A stretch of DNA of 58,032 bases from a virus (IMGVR_UViG_3300045253_000042:1-58032), one strand, 5' to 3'. Shown: positions 34,462-44,452, counted from the first letter of the stretch. Made by a program: numbers and translations. Notes: generated from the letters alone by a model not told the origin.

Positions 34462-37400
34462 CTACGTGAACTGGACGGTGACGGGGCCCTTGACGACCTG
34501 GGTGGCGTCGCCGATCTTCAGGTACAGCCACATGATCGTGTTCGGGTCGGGCTGGAAGTCGGAGTTCGGGCCGCACTGGCACATCGCCCAGTGGTCGCCC
34601 TCGGTGTCGGTGTACCAGGTGGCCGGCAGGTTGATCTCCGCCTGCGTCGGTCGGATCGCGCCGCGCTCGGTGATCTGGAAGTTCACGATGTCGCCGGTCG
34701 GGTCCAGCCCGAACCTGGACGTGACCAGCACCGGCACCGGCTCATCGGAGACCGCCAGCTGGGAGTGCATGCGCCCTCCCTTGGTCAGCGACACCGTCCA
34801 CACCGGGCCGCCGGCGCGTGCGGTGAACAGGGCGTGGTCGTCCAGGACCCGGATCGCGAAGTCGCCCGGGTGGAAGACGGCGTGCTTGATCTGGTCGAGG
34901 AACGCGGCCAGGACCGTGGCGGCCCGCTGCACGGCCCGGACCGCGTGCCGCAGACCCTGGCTCGGCCCCTGCAGGAGCACGTCGTCGACGAGCTGGGTGT
35001 AGCCGGCCGGGCTGTTCGGGGCGACGACCAGCAGCCACGCCTTCACGGCCTGCGCCGGGGCCAGGTTGACCGCGTTCCCGGCGAAGGTGTGGGACTGGCC
35101 GGCCGGGATGCTGACGGTGCCGATCAGGCTGGAGGTCAGGTAGGTGTTGTCGGCACGGAAGAACTCCACGTACACGCTGACGAACTGCGCGGCGACGGAG
35201 GTGTTCGTGACCGTGGCCCGCGCGGACCACCGGTCCCCCGGTGTCGCGGGCGGGGCGGAGGCCAGCTTCGGCCAGGAGATCCGCAGCCCGTCGCCGGCGC
35301 CGGACGCCGTCCCGAGGAACGAGGTGGCCCCGTCGATCGGACTGGTGGTGGTGACCACGTAGGTGCCGTTGGTGAACGACGCCTCGGCCAGGTTCTCGGC
35401 CCGGTACGTGGACGGCGCGAGCAGGTTGTACGCCGGGGCGACGTAGGCGTTCAGCTGGGCCACGACCGCGGCGGTGCGCCGCAGCAGCACGGTCTGTCCG
35501 ATGCGGAACGTCTGCCCGACGACCGTCGTCCACACCCCGGCCGTGGTGGTCGAGGTGGTCCGCCTGGCGGTGACCGCCTGGATGCTGCGGGCGGTCAGGG
35601 CTGCGACGGCCCGGACGTTGATCGAGCTCGCCGTCTGGTTCAGCAGGTTCCGCACTGGGGCCTCGACGTAGCGCAGGGTCGCCGTGAGAGCGGCCATGGA
35701 GATGCGCAGCACCGGGCCTTGGGTGGCGCGGCTGGTGACGCCCAGGGCGTTCTTGACGGTGCGCCCGACCGTGGTGGTGGCCTTGAGGGCCACACCCGGG
35801 CCGTTGGACACCGTCCGTCCGACGGTGGTGGCGATCGACCGGGTGGCGGCCACGGAGGCCTTCAGTGCCCGACCTGGGGCGGTGGCGACCAGCTGGCGGG
35901 CGGCCACAGCTGCGGACGTCTTCGCCAGCCCCGCCTCGAGCAGCGCCCAGGTCCGGGACACGGCCTGCGCCAGGGTGCGGCCTGGGGCCTGGACGGCGGT
36001 GCGGGTGGCGGCGACCGCGGAGGCCACGGGCCGGCCGGTCATGACCACGATCGACGCCCGCGCCGTGGCGACCGCGTGGTTCAGGCGGGCGCCGTCGGTC
36101 ACTGGGGCGGCCACCGTCTGGAAGATCAGAATCGCGGACCGGACCCGGGCCAGCACGTTGAGGCCGTGCGCGGACCGGAACGCCACCGTGACCTGCGACC
36201 CGGCACGGGCCGGCGACAGAGTCCACGTCGGTGCGGTCGGCGAGCCCACGGCCGGGCCGATCAGGTAGGCGGTGGACTGCCCGCCGGCCACGTTCGCATC
36301 CGACGTGAGCTGGGTATAGCCGCCCGACAGGGTGCAGGTCGTACCGGACGGGGTGCCGTACGTGATCGCCGACACGACCAGGTCGTCGGGCTGGGCCGGC
36401 GTGACGTTCTCCGCGGCCGGGGTCGTGGTCGACAGGTACTGGTGCGCGGCGTGCTGGTCAGGCTGGGTCGTGATGTCGCCGGAGTACTCGGACAGGACGA
36501 CGGTGGTGGCGAACGCTGCCCCGTTGACGGTCACCCGCTGGGCGGCCAGGGGTAGCGCGTCGGGGCAGTACCAGATCTCGATGTCCCGGCTGTTCGCCGC
36601 GTTCCCGTCGCCGCGCACGTAGCTGTTGCCGGCGCCGTCGGTGACCGACGTGATGGCGACGTTGGTGTTGACCGCGACAGAGACGACGAGCAGGTTCCCG
36701 GCGGTGGTGGTCAGCGGCGCGGACTGGGCGGCGCCGCTCGAGCCGGTCCAGTGGGCCTGCTGCACGAGCGCGAACCCGGGGCCGCTCAGCAAGGTCAGCA
36801 CGTGGGCGACGGCGTTGCGCAGCGCCCGCGCGGGCGCCTGCACGATGGCGAGGGCCGCGGTGGCCGCGTGCTTGACGGTCCGGGCCGGGGCCTGGGTCAC
36901 GGTCCGGGTCGCGGCCACGGCCTGCGCCAAGGTGCGGGCTGGGGCCTGGGTGACGAGCAGCGTCTGGAACCGGGACTGGAGGTTCGAGACGGTCGCGGCG
37001 AGCGTCTGCGTGGCCTTGCGGGCCGCAGCCACAGCGGCGCCGAGGGCGCGGGCCGGGGACGTCACGACCAGGACCGTCCCAGCGGCAGCAGCCTTCAGTG
37101 CCCTGGCCGGGGTCTGCGTGACGGCGCGGGTCGCGACCACCGCCTGGGCCTTGATCGACTTGGCCGGGTTCTGCACGACCGGTCCGCGCAGCCCGGTGAT
37201 CGCGGCGAGCAGCGCCCGACCCGGTGCCTGCAGCAGCGCCGCCAGGGCAGCGGTCACGGACTCCACAGCAACCGGCGCCGTCGTCGTGGCCGCCCGGACC
37301 GTGTTCACGATCGCCGCCAGGGATGCCGGCGGGCCGACCCAGTCCAGGGTCGAGTAGCCCCAGTAGGGGACGAGCAGGTGCGTGGTCAGCCCGGGGGCGG

Positions 37401-38028
37401 TGATGTAGCCGATGTTCACCGTGTCGACGAACCCGCCGAGGGTGTACGTCTGCGGGCCGGACTGCTCGAGCAGGACGTTGTTCTGGTCCCACAGCCGCAT
37501 GTACATCTTCTGCGCGACCGCGTCGACCGCGATCTCCGCCGTGTAGATCACCCCAGCGACCAGGGTGGTGGTGCTCGTGTAGCGGGTGGTCGTCTTGTCC
37601 CGCAGCACCAGCTTGTTCGTCGTGGTCGTGACCAGGCCGCACTGCACGATGCCGAGGCCGCGCAGGTTGAGGATCGTCGAGTTGTTGGCGGTCGGCCAGT
37701 CCTGGAGCATGAAGGTGCACACCGCGAACGCCGCGGCGATCCCGTCCTGGGGGATGCCGGCCATGGTGGCGAACCGGTTCGCGGTGCCCGTCGAGACGTC
37801 GACCCGCGAACCCATCGCGGACCCGGTGACGACCAGGCTCGCGTCGTACACCCAGGTCGCCCCGAGAGTGAGCGCGCCGCCGTCGGAGATGCCGGAGGTC
37901 TGCAGGTAGTTGCTGCCGGCCTGCCCGTTACCTTCGGAGAAGTTGTCGACCTCCCGGACGGCGATGCGCAGGCCGGAGCGACCAAGCGGAACGCCGGGGG
38001 CTACTAGCGCAGGAGGGAACTCGGGCAC
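34462..38028 (-). CDS. Large fibre-like virion protein (lectin-like head, ~19-aa QxPxRxL repeats, CBM-like domain)
   Basis: 1188 aa, repeats VTQAPARTL / LQAPGRAL / VTQTPARAL; TTAGNLLVV...VTDGAGN domain. Confidence 0.7.
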   Translation of the reverse strand: MPEFPPALVAPGVPLGRSGLRIAVREVDNFSEGNGQAGSNYLQTSGISDGGALTLGATWVYDASLVVTGSAMGSRVDVSTGTANRFATMAGIPQDGIAAAFAVCTFMLQDWPTANNSTILNLRGLGIVQCGLVTTTTNKLVLRDKTTTRYTSTTTLVAGVIYTAEIAVDAVAQKMYMRLWDQNNVLLEQSGPQTYTLGGFVDTVNIGYITAPGLTTHLLVPYWGYSTLDWVGPPASLAAIVNTVRAATTTAPVAVESVTAALAALLQAPGRALLAAITGLRGPVVQNPAKSIKAQAVVATRAVTQTPARALKAAAAGTVLVVTSPARALGAAVAAARKATQTLAATVSNLQSRFQTLLVTQAPARTLAQAVAATRTVTQAPARTVKHAATAALAIVQAPARALRNAVAHVLTLLSGPGFALVQQAHWTGSSGAAQSAPLTTTAGNLLVVSVAVNTNVAITSVTDGAGNSYVRGDGNAANSRDIEIWYCPDALPLAAQRVTVNGAAFATTVVLSEYSGDITTQPDQHAAHQYLSTTTPAAENVTPAQPDDLVVSAITYGTPSGTTCTLSGGYTQLTSDANVAGGQSTAYLIGPAVGSPTAPTWTLSPARAGSQVTVAFRSAHGLNVLARVRSAILIFQTVAAPVTDGARLNHAVATARASIVVMTGRPVASAVAATRTAVQAPGRTLAQAVSRTWALLEAGLAKTSAAVAARQLVATAPGRALKASVAATRSIATTVGRTVSNGPGVALKATTTVGRTVKNALGVTSRATQGPVLRISMAALTATLRYVEAPVRNLLNQTASSINVRAVAALTARSIQAVTARRTTSTTTAGVWTTVVGQTFRIGQTVLLRRTAAVVAQLNAYVAPAYNLLAPSTYRAENLAEASFTNGTYVVTTTSPIDGATSFLGTASGAGDGLRISWPKLASAPPATPGDRWSARATVTNTSVAAQFVSVYVEFFRADNTYLTSSLIGTVSIPAGQSHTFAGNAVNLAPAQAVKAWLLVVAPNSPAGYTQLVDDVLLQGPSQGLRHAVRAVQRAATVLAAFLDQIKHAVFHPGDFAIRVLDDHALFTARAGGPVWTVSLTKGGRMHSQLAVSDEPVPVLVTSRFGLDPTGDIVNFQITERGAIRPTQAEINLPATWYTDTEGDHWAMCQCGPNSDFQPDPNTIMWLYLKIGDATQVVKGPVTVQFT

Positions 38029-38029
38029 A

Positions 38030-38584
38030 TCAGTGTCCCCATCTGATCCACTGCGCCTGGATCAGGTTCGTCGCCGATGACGTACCGCAGGTCACCGACA
38101 GCGCGAACCCCTGCGCGGTGGTCTGGTCGGCGGTGGTGATCAGCGTGCCGCCCATCGGGATGGCCTGTCCGGCCAGGATCGCGGTGGTCGGCCAGACGAT
38201 GAAGCCGCTGCCGTTGATCTTCGCGAGCGACGCGGCCACGTTCAGTGAGGTGACCTGGAAGTCGAACTCGCCGAACCACGGGCTCGAGGCCGGGATGGTG
38301 CCACCGGACGGAACGACCGCCGAAGCGCCGAAGGAGATGTTCGACGACGGGGTGGCGGACTGCCCGAAGCGGGGCGTGAAGGTCCAGTTGATGCCGGTCG
38401 CGGACTGGCAGATCCCGCCGAACTTGCAGGTGTAGACCGCGCCCTCGACGAGCTCGTCGCCGGGGATAGACGACCAGATCGCCGGGTTCCACAGGTTCGC
38501 CTCGGCGGTGAACGTGTTCAGCGACGCAGGGGGGGTGGGGAACCCGTTCTTGTACGCCTGATAGATCGGCCTCGGGAAGGGCAC
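38030..38584 (-). CDS. Beta-rich structural protein
   Basis: 184 aa, AGGAG RBS, between the two large fibre genes. Confidence 0.65.
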   Translation of the reverse strand: MPFPRPIYQAYKNGFPTPPASLNTFTAEANLWNPAIWSSIPGDELVEGAVYTCKFGGICQSATGINWTFTPRFGQSATPSSNISFGASAVVPSGGTIPASSPWFGEFDFQVTSLNVAASLAKINGSGFIVWPTTAILAGQAIPMGGTLITTADQTTAQGFALSVTCGTSSATNLIQAQWIRWGH

Positions 38585-38593
38585 GGCGTCTCC

Positions 38594-41500
38594 TCAGGCT
38601 CGGATGTCGAACACGTCTGGGACCTGGTTGCCGGGCGACTCGGCGCTGTTCACGGCGCCCACGCCGCGGGTCGGTGCGGCCAGCAGCCGATGCCGGACTG
38701 CCTGCACGACGCGGCCTAGTGCCGTCGCAGCCGATGCCGGAAACAGGGCCCGAACTGCGGCCTGCACCCGCCTGACCGGGGCCACGGTCACCTTCGGGCT
38801 GGTGGTGACGGCCGGGTTGTTCTCGCGCCCCACCGTGGCAGCAGTGGCCCGTCCAGCCGCAGCCGTAGCCGCCTGGTGGACGGGGCGGCCGGTCATGGTC
38901 TGGGCGGCCCGCACCGTGGCGGACAGGGCGGACTGGCCCAGGTGTCCGAACGTGTACGCGCTGGCCGCCAGGGTCTGCAGCAGATTCTGGACCTGGCTGA
39001 CCGCGGACGCCGCCGGGGTTTGCGTGACCTGCAGAACGCTCGGCACGACCGCCTGCGCCTTGATCGACTCGACGGGGTTCTGGACGATCCGCGACGACCA
39101 GCCGACGCCCGTCGCGGACAGGCGCTTGCTGGGGGCCTGCGTGATCGTCCCCAGCGCGACGACGGCGGCGTTGGTGAGCTTGCGGATCGGGGCCTGCACC
39201 ACGGTCACGGACTGCAGCCGGGCAGTGGACTGGGCCAGCAGCTTCGTCGTCGTCTCCACCGCGCGCGCCGTCGCTGTCAGCGCCCGCTGCCCCTGCACGG
39301 CGAGCGGGGCCTGGATGGCGGTGTGGCGCCTGCCGACGGCGTGGGCGAGCTTGCGGGCCGGCGCCTCGATCGCCGCCACGACGTTGACCTGCCCGGCGCC
39401 CTGGTTCTGCACCGACCGAGCCACGGTGGTCGCGATCCTGCGAGTCCACGCCACCGCCTGGCTCGAGGCGGCGACCAACACCGGGTGGACGGGCAGCACC
39501 GAGGTGACACGGGCGCCGAGGGTCTTGGTGGAGGCGATCGAGATGGACGCCAGATCGACGTAGAACTTCTGCCCCGCGACCGAGGTGTCGGTGGCGAACA
39601 GTGCGACGGTGTGCAGCGTCGACGTGGCGACGAACGAGAAGTTCAGCTGCTCCCACACGTTGTGCCGCGAGCTCGGGTTGGAGAACAGGAACAGGCCGTC
39701 GGTGAAGAACTGCACCGGCGGCAGCCCGGTCGGCATGTACACCCATATCGAGATGTTCATGACGTTGCCGGGGGTGGCCGGGAAGTCCAGCAGCGTCTCG
39801 GAGACCAGGAACGAGGAGCCGGTCACCGACGCGAGGGTGACCTGCATCGACCGGAAGCCGTCCTTGGCCTGGTCGGTGGTGTTCGCCAGGACCGGCAGCG
39901 GCACCCCGGCCGTGTACCAGGCGCCGACGGAGCCGTCCTCGAACGACTGCGACGCGGCCGACAGGAACGGCGCCGAGCTGGGCTGCTGCACCCGCAGCCT
40001 GGCGAGCATCGCGTTCTTCTTCGCGATCGCCACCGTGCTCACACCGGTCGACAGCTGCTGGAAGAACGACGCCCCGCCGGACGGCTGCGGCGGTGGGGTC
40101 CGCCAGTAGGCGGCGGACTGCGGCATCAGCCACACGACCGCGTTCGCGGCGTGGGGGAAGGCGAGGGCGGGGACGTGCAGGGTGGCGGGCCCGGACGCTG
40201 TCTGCGTGGTCCCGGATGTTAGGCCAACCGTCTCGGGGTGCGCGCCGTGCGGGTCGATGGTGATGACGGCGCCGTTGGCGATCGAGTGGTCCGTCGGCTG
40301 CGGGGGGCTCGAGACCTTCCCCGGGATGTCGTTGACGACGATCGACGTCGCCCCGGCCAGGGTGGCGCCGGCCAGGTTCGTGTCGAGCAGGTTGTGGTTG
40401 TGGTCGAACCAGGCGATCGACAGCGCCGGGTTCCCGAGGCTGTTGTTCGCGGCGACCCCGGCCTGCATGTGCGGCAGATGCCCGCCCGCCCCGGTGTCGG
40501 GGGGGTTCGCGGCGACGCTGGTGCCGAACTCCTCGACCGTCCACGGCTTACCCAGGTGCGCCGCGTACGCCGCGGTGTTGGCCCAGATGGACAGGTTCGC
40601 GTACGGGTCGGAGCCGACGTAGTCGACGTTCGGGGTGGTGGAGATCCACGTGTCGCAGAACGCTGTCGTGTTGTTGAAGAACAGGCCGGTCATGATCGGC
40701 CCGAACGCGATCGGGTGCGCCCGGTTCGCGTTGACCATCGGCTTGAGCTTCGTCATGAGGACGATCAGCTCGGCCTTGTGCTGCGCCGCCGTGTAGCTGA
40801 CCCCGTTGTTGTCGGGCTCGTGGACGAGGCAGCCCTTCATCTGGTCGAGGTCCTGCACCGCCCCGAAGTAGTTCGCGAGGAACGCGAGCGCGTTGTTCTG
40901 CGCGACCGCACCGTTGTCGCCGCGCAGGTCCGCGCGGCCCCACACCTGGTTCCCGCCGGTGTACGTGCCGGCGCCGTCGACCATGGTGCTGCTCGCCGAG
41001 TACGTGATCGGGGTGCCGGCCGCGACCGCGGCGACGTCCGACGGGGTGTAGCAGCGGACCCGCTTCGCCGGCGGCGTCGGCGTCAGCTCCGGGTACCCGG
41101 GCTGCGACGTGCCGTACGTGACTGCGGCGGTCGGCAACGTCGTGATCACCGTGGTGTGCGTGCCGTCGTTCCCGAACACGATCGGCCCGGTCAGGTGCTT
41201 GCCGCTGGCGTCGACGATCTCCGACAGGGTGATCGTGCCGAGGCGCGGGTACGACCCGGTCGCACCTGAGCCGGGCGCGTCCTGGAACGACGTCACCGCG
41301 AGGCGCGCACCGGAGGCGAGGGTGACCTGGTCGTTGTACGCCGACAGGACACCCTCGGCCTGGTACGCCTCGGTGAAGCCGCCCGACAGCGGGATGGTGC
41401 CGTTGTTGACGAAGATCACGTTGTTGATTGACCGGACACCGTTCCACGGGCCGCGGCCGTCGCCCATCACGTGCCCAGAGATGGCCCGGCCACCGTCGGA

Positions 41501-42301
41501 CTGGATGGTGCAGTTGCTGATCTGCCCGTAGCACGCCTTGCTGTCGAGGCCGCCGGAGTCGGAGTTGTGCCCGAGCAGGCAGTTGTCGATGAAGAAGTAC
41601 TCGCAGTCCGACTCGAACAGGCAGGCGTCGCCCTGCCGGAACCCGGTCGTCGCCGAGCTCACGAATCCTGTGACGGTGGAGTTCGTGAGCCGCGCGTTCA
41701 GGCCCGGCACCCACAGCGACCGGGTCGCCGGCGGGCTGGCGCCCTGGAACTGGAAGACGTGCAGGCCGACCGGGTTCAGGTTCGGGCCGCCGCCGATCAG
41801 CACACAGTTGTCGACGTCGATGCTGTGGTAGCCCTCGATCGCCACCGCGAGGCCGGTGCAGAACAGGCCCCGGCAGATGACCTTGCTGGCCGGGTTGGTG
41901 CCCTGCCCGGTCGTGAGCTTCATCAGGCCTTGGCTGGTGAAGCCGTTGATCGTGACGGTGCACGTCGCGGTGTCGTTGATCGCAACCAGCGGGCCCGTGG
42001 TCGCCGACGTCGTGATGTACGTGTAGTTGCCGCCGGTGGGGCCGCTGGGGCCGCGGCCCACCCCGTAGGGGCCGAAGTTGATCGGCGCCCCGCCGCCCGC
42101 GCCCACCACGGTCAGGGCGGTGCAGTCCGCGGACGCGGTGAGCAGGCCCGCGTTGCCGCCGCCGTCCACCAGGTTGCACGCCGACAGGTCGACGGTGACG
42201 ACGCCGTGGCAGGTGCTGCGCGCGTTCGGCATCGTGAACGTGCCGGACGGCGCCGTGTACGTGGCGTTGGTCAGGACGCCCGGGATGCCGAGGACCGTCA
42301 C
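38594..42301 (-). CDS. Multi-domain fibre/depolymerase: pectin-lyase-like beta-helix + GH26-like + CBM-like + QxP repeats
   Basis: IDNC/ISNCTI beta-helix rungs; LVHEPD...SDPY...GKPWTVEEFG GH-A motifs; SFEDGSVGAW CBM-like; C-terminal repeats. Confidence 0.72.
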   Translation of the reverse strand: MTVLGIPGVLTNATYTAPSGTFTMPNARSTCHGVVTVDLSACNLVDGGGNAGLLTASADCTALTVVGAGGGAPINFGPYGVGRGPSGPTGGNYTYITTSATTGPLVAINDTATCTVTINGFTSQGLMKLTTGQGTNPASKVICRGLFCTGLAVAIEGYHSIDVDNCVLIGGGPNLNPVGLHVFQFQGASPPATRSLWVPGLNARLTNSTVTGFVSSATTGFRQGDACLFESDCEYFFIDNCLLGHNSDSGGLDSKACYGQISNCTIQSDGGRAISGHVMGDGRGPWNGVRSINNVIFVNNGTIPLSGGFTEAYQAEGVLSAYNDQVTLASGARLAVTSFQDAPGSGATGSYPRLGTITLSEIVDASGKHLTGPIVFGNDGTHTTVITTLPTAAVTYGTSQPGYPELTPTPPAKRVRCYTPSDVAAVAAGTPITYSASSTMVDGAGTYTGGNQVWGRADLRGDNGAVAQNNALAFLANYFGAVQDLDQMKGCLVHEPDNNGVSYTAAQHKAELIVLMTKLKPMVNANRAHPIAFGPIMTGLFFNNTTAFCDTWISTTPNVDYVGSDPYANLSIWANTAAYAAHLGKPWTVEEFGTSVAANPPDTGAGGHLPHMQAGVAANNSLGNPALSIAWFDHNHNLLDTNLAGATLAGATSIVVNDIPGKVSSPPQPTDHSIANGAVITIDPHGAHPETVGLTSGTTQTASGPATLHVPALAFPHAANAVVWLMPQSAAYWRTPPPQPSGGASFFQQLSTGVSTVAIAKKNAMLARLRVQQPSSAPFLSAASQSFEDGSVGAWYTAGVPLPVLANTTDQAKDGFRSMQVTLASVTGSSFLVSETLLDFPATPGNVMNISIWVYMPTGLPPVQFFTDGLFLFSNPSSRHNVWEQLNFSFVATSTLHTVALFATDTSVAGQKFYVDLASISIASTKTLGARVTSVLPVHPVLVAASSQAVAWTRRIATTVARSVQNQGAGQVNVVAAIEAPARKLAHAVGRRHTAIQAPLAVQGQRALTATARAVETTTKLLAQSTARLQSVTVVQAPIRKLTNAAVVALGTITQAPSKRLSATGVGWSSRIVQNPVESIKAQAVVPSVLQVTQTPAASAVSQVQNLLQTLAASAYTFGHLGQSALSATVRAAQTMTGRPVHQAATAAAGRATAATVGRENNPAVTTSPKVTVAPVRRVQAAVRALFPASAATALGRVVQAVRHRLLAAPTRGVGAVNSAESPGNQVPDVFDIRA

Positions 42302-42366
42302 GGCGCCTCCCGGTCAGGACGTGGCGACCGGGCCGCCCTTCCCCTCGACGGCCCGGTCGCGTCCGT

Positions 42367-42861
42367 CTACTCGTCCCGGCCGTAGGCCTGGTCGCGGGCC
42401 CGACGCAGCACCCGGATGAGCCTGTTGATGCCTTCGCGGTCCAACGTCGCGAACAGGCCACGCCCGAGGTCGGACGCCTTCACCAACGGGTCGACCAGCA
42501 GCGACGCTTCCTCCGGGATGTCGGCGTCGGTACGCGCCGCCCCGGTCGGTTCTGCCCCGCCGTCGTAGCCGCGACCGAACACGACCGCGTACCACAGGTC
42601 ACGCCACGCGGTCCGCACCCATAGGGCCTCGAAGCCGTCGAACGCCCACGAGCTGACCACCATGCCGGGCACGATCCGTTCCCGCCACGGGATGCTGGGC
42701 CGGCGCCACATGTCGACCAGGTCGCCGAGGTCGGCCGGGTCGTCCGGTGTCTGCGGGTCCCGCATCAGCGTGGCCAGCTGCACGTGCCCGCTCGGCTGTG
42801 GCGACCACTGCAGTTCAGCATCGAACACGCCGACGCTGTCGTAGATCCTCTCCTTGGGCAT
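42367..42861 (-). CDS. Conserved actinophage hypothetical protein
   Basis: MPKERI...HVQLAT...LDREGINRLIRVLRRARDQAYGRDE; GGAGG RBS. Confidence 0.75.
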   Translation of the reverse strand: MPKERIYDSVGVFDAELQWSPQPSGHVQLATLMRDPQTPDDPADLGDLVDMWRRPSIPWRERIVPGMVVSSWAFDGFEALWVRTAWRDLWYAVVFGRGYDGGAEPTGAARTDADIPEEASLLVDPLVKASDLGRGLFATLDREGINRLIRVLRRARDQAYGRDE

Positions 42862-42917
42862 CACGCCCACCTCCATCACGGAGGAGCCGCCCTGCGAATG
42901 GGGCGGACGTACGTGAA

Positions 42918-42941
42918 GGCCCGACCCCGAAGGGCCGGGCC
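42918..42941 (-). terminator. Hairpin with cUUCGg tetraloop
   Basis: GGCCCGGCCC-TTCG-GGGTCGGGCC-TTC on minus strand, after stop of 42948..43589. Confidence 0.7.
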
Positions 42942-42947
42942 AACGTC

Positions 42948-43589
42948 CTACTGGAACTGCACCTGCGCCGTCGACTGCAGCGTGTTCCCGGAGCTCAGGT
43001 TGATGACGGCGAAGTCGAAGTGCGCGAGCAGCGTCCCACCGGTGATCGCCGACGCACCCGGGATGTTCCCCGCCGTCACCACATCCGACGCCGCGATCGT
43101 CGCGATCGCCGCCGACCCGTTCTGGCCGCGCGTCACCGTCAGCGACGTCGACCCGGACCCGGCCGTCACCTGCAGGACCTCGGTGCGGATCTGGATGTAG
43201 GTGTTGTTCGCCGGCGTGAACGATGCACCGGAGGTGAACGTGGTCGCCGAGCTAGAGCCGATGATCGCCCCGGAGGCGACGGTGGTGGAGAACGGCTTCG
43301 TCGTCGAGTCGAGCAGCGCGACCTCGGTGACGGCGCGGGTGCCCGACGCGGTCAGGGTGGCGACGACCTGGTAGGTGTCGTTCGCCGTCGACGTGGTGAC
43401 GACGGAGCTGGTGCCGGTCTGGCGGGCCTCGGCGGTCTCCGCGAACAGGGCGATGTCGGAGACGGCGGCGGTGAACTGGGCTGAGGGGACGCCCCAGTTC
43501 ATGACCTTCGGCTCGGCCTGCGTGGGTGTGGCGCCGACCATGCGACCGGACAGGACGTCGCGGCCCTTGGACGTGATGACGGATGCCAT
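42948..43589 (-). CDS. Structural fibre/collar-type protein
   Basis: VITSKG...DIALFAE..EAR..GT...VTEVALLD...F..INL..GNTLQ.T; strong downstream hairpin suggests high expression. Confidence 0.65.
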   Translation of the reverse strand: MASVITSKGRDVLSGRMVGATPTQAEPKVMNWGVPSAQFTAAVSDIALFAETAEARQTGTSSVVTTSTANDTYQVVATLTASGTRAVTEVALLDSTTKPFSTTVASGAIIGSSSATTFTSGASFTPANNTYIQIRTEVLQVTAGSGSTSLTVTRGQNGSAAIATIAASDVVTAGNIPGASAITGGTLLAHFDFAVINLSSGNTLQSTAQVQFQ

Positions 43590-43661
43590 GACGGTTTCCC
43601 CTTGCTCGGTCGGACAGGACGGGGCGGTGCGGCACGCCGGCAAGGGGTCCGGCGTGGTGGT

Positions 43662-43946
43662 TCAGCGCTTGCGGGCGGTGGCCTTCTTCGCCGCGGCTGG
43701 CTTGCTCGAGCGCTTCGCTGCGGCCTTGCTGAGGGCGATGGCCTGCAGGTTCAGGAGCGCTTCGCCGAGCGACTTCCACGCCTCGGCTGCCTGCTCGAGC
43801 GCTTCTCGCGAGGCGCGCACCTGGGCGATGACCTCGGCGGTGCCGCGCGGGGACTGCTCATCCGACGGCTTCGGGGTGGCCGCGTCGATCAGGCCCGCGA
43901 CGTCGGCAGTCAGGCGCTGCAGGGTGGGGGCGAGGTCAGCGAGCAT
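43662..43946 (-). CDS. Hypothetical protein with Lys/Ala-rich tail
   Basis: KAAAKRSSKPAAAKKATARKR; GGAGG RBS. Confidence 0.65.
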   Translation of the reverse strand: MLADLAPTLQRLTADVAGLIDAATPKPSDEQSPRGTAEVIAQVRASREALEQAAEAWKSLGEALLNLQAIALSKAAAKRSSKPAAAKKATARKR

Positions 43947-43949
43947 GGC

Positions 43950-44270
43950 TCAGTCCTCCAGCTGGTCGGCGAGGCGGTCCGCGACGTGCGCGTTCCACCG
44001 GTTCACGCGGCGGTGGGCGCGTGGCAGCAGCACCGACTTCCACCACAGCATGCGCAGCGGGTTGGGGTGCCAGAAGTCGACGATGCCCAGGTCGTAGCGG
44101 CCGCGGCAGCCGGTCGTGGTGCAGCGGTGGTCGCAGGCCGGGACGCAGGAGTGGGCGTCGGGCAGGTACGGGGTGCCGTCGTCGCGCACGCTCGCGGTCG
44201 GGCCGAGCTGGCAGTACAGGACGGCGGCGTGCCAGTTCCCGGGCTTCTCCGGTGCGGTCGAGTGCGTCAC
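43950..44270 (-). CDS. Hypothetical Cys/His-rich protein
   Basis: Coupled ORF. Confidence 0.55.
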   Translation of the reverse strand: MTHSTAPEKPGNWHAAVLYCQLGPTASVRDDGTPYLPDAHSCVPACDHRCTTTGCRGRYDLGIVDFWHPNPLRMLWWKSVLLPRAHRRVNRWNAHVADRLADQLED

Positions 44271-44452
44271 AGCGAGTTCGCCTTCGCTCGCCGGGCCTGC
44301 TCGCGTGTGATCGACGTCGTGAGCTTGCGGGCGAGCCTGTCGACCTGGGCGTCGCTGAGCCCGTTGATCGCCTGGTCAAGCAGCGTACCCAGCGCGTCAG
44401 GGTCGAGTTCGGGCTTGATCGTGACGATGAGCTCGGTGGGCAGCGCTGCCAT
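44267..44452 (-). CDS. Hypothetical protein
   Basis: MAALPTELIV...; GGAG RBS. Confidence 0.6.
   Translation of the reverse strand: MAALPTELIVTIKPELDPDALGTLLDQAINGLSDAQVDRLARKLTTSITREQARRAKANSL

Noticed and set aside
32728-36555. Very long plus-strand ORFs (e.g. 1275 aa here, 953 aa at 18075..20936, 713 aa at 30825..32966)
   Set aside because: Antisense shadows of real minus-strand genes; high GC suppresses stop codons and the translations have no recognisable motifs
35500-39500. Diversity-generating retroelement TR/VR pair or CRISPR-like array in the repeat-rich fibre genes
   Set aside because: No reverse transcriptase, no adenine-specific mismatch pattern, no repeat-spacer structure; the repeats are at protein level
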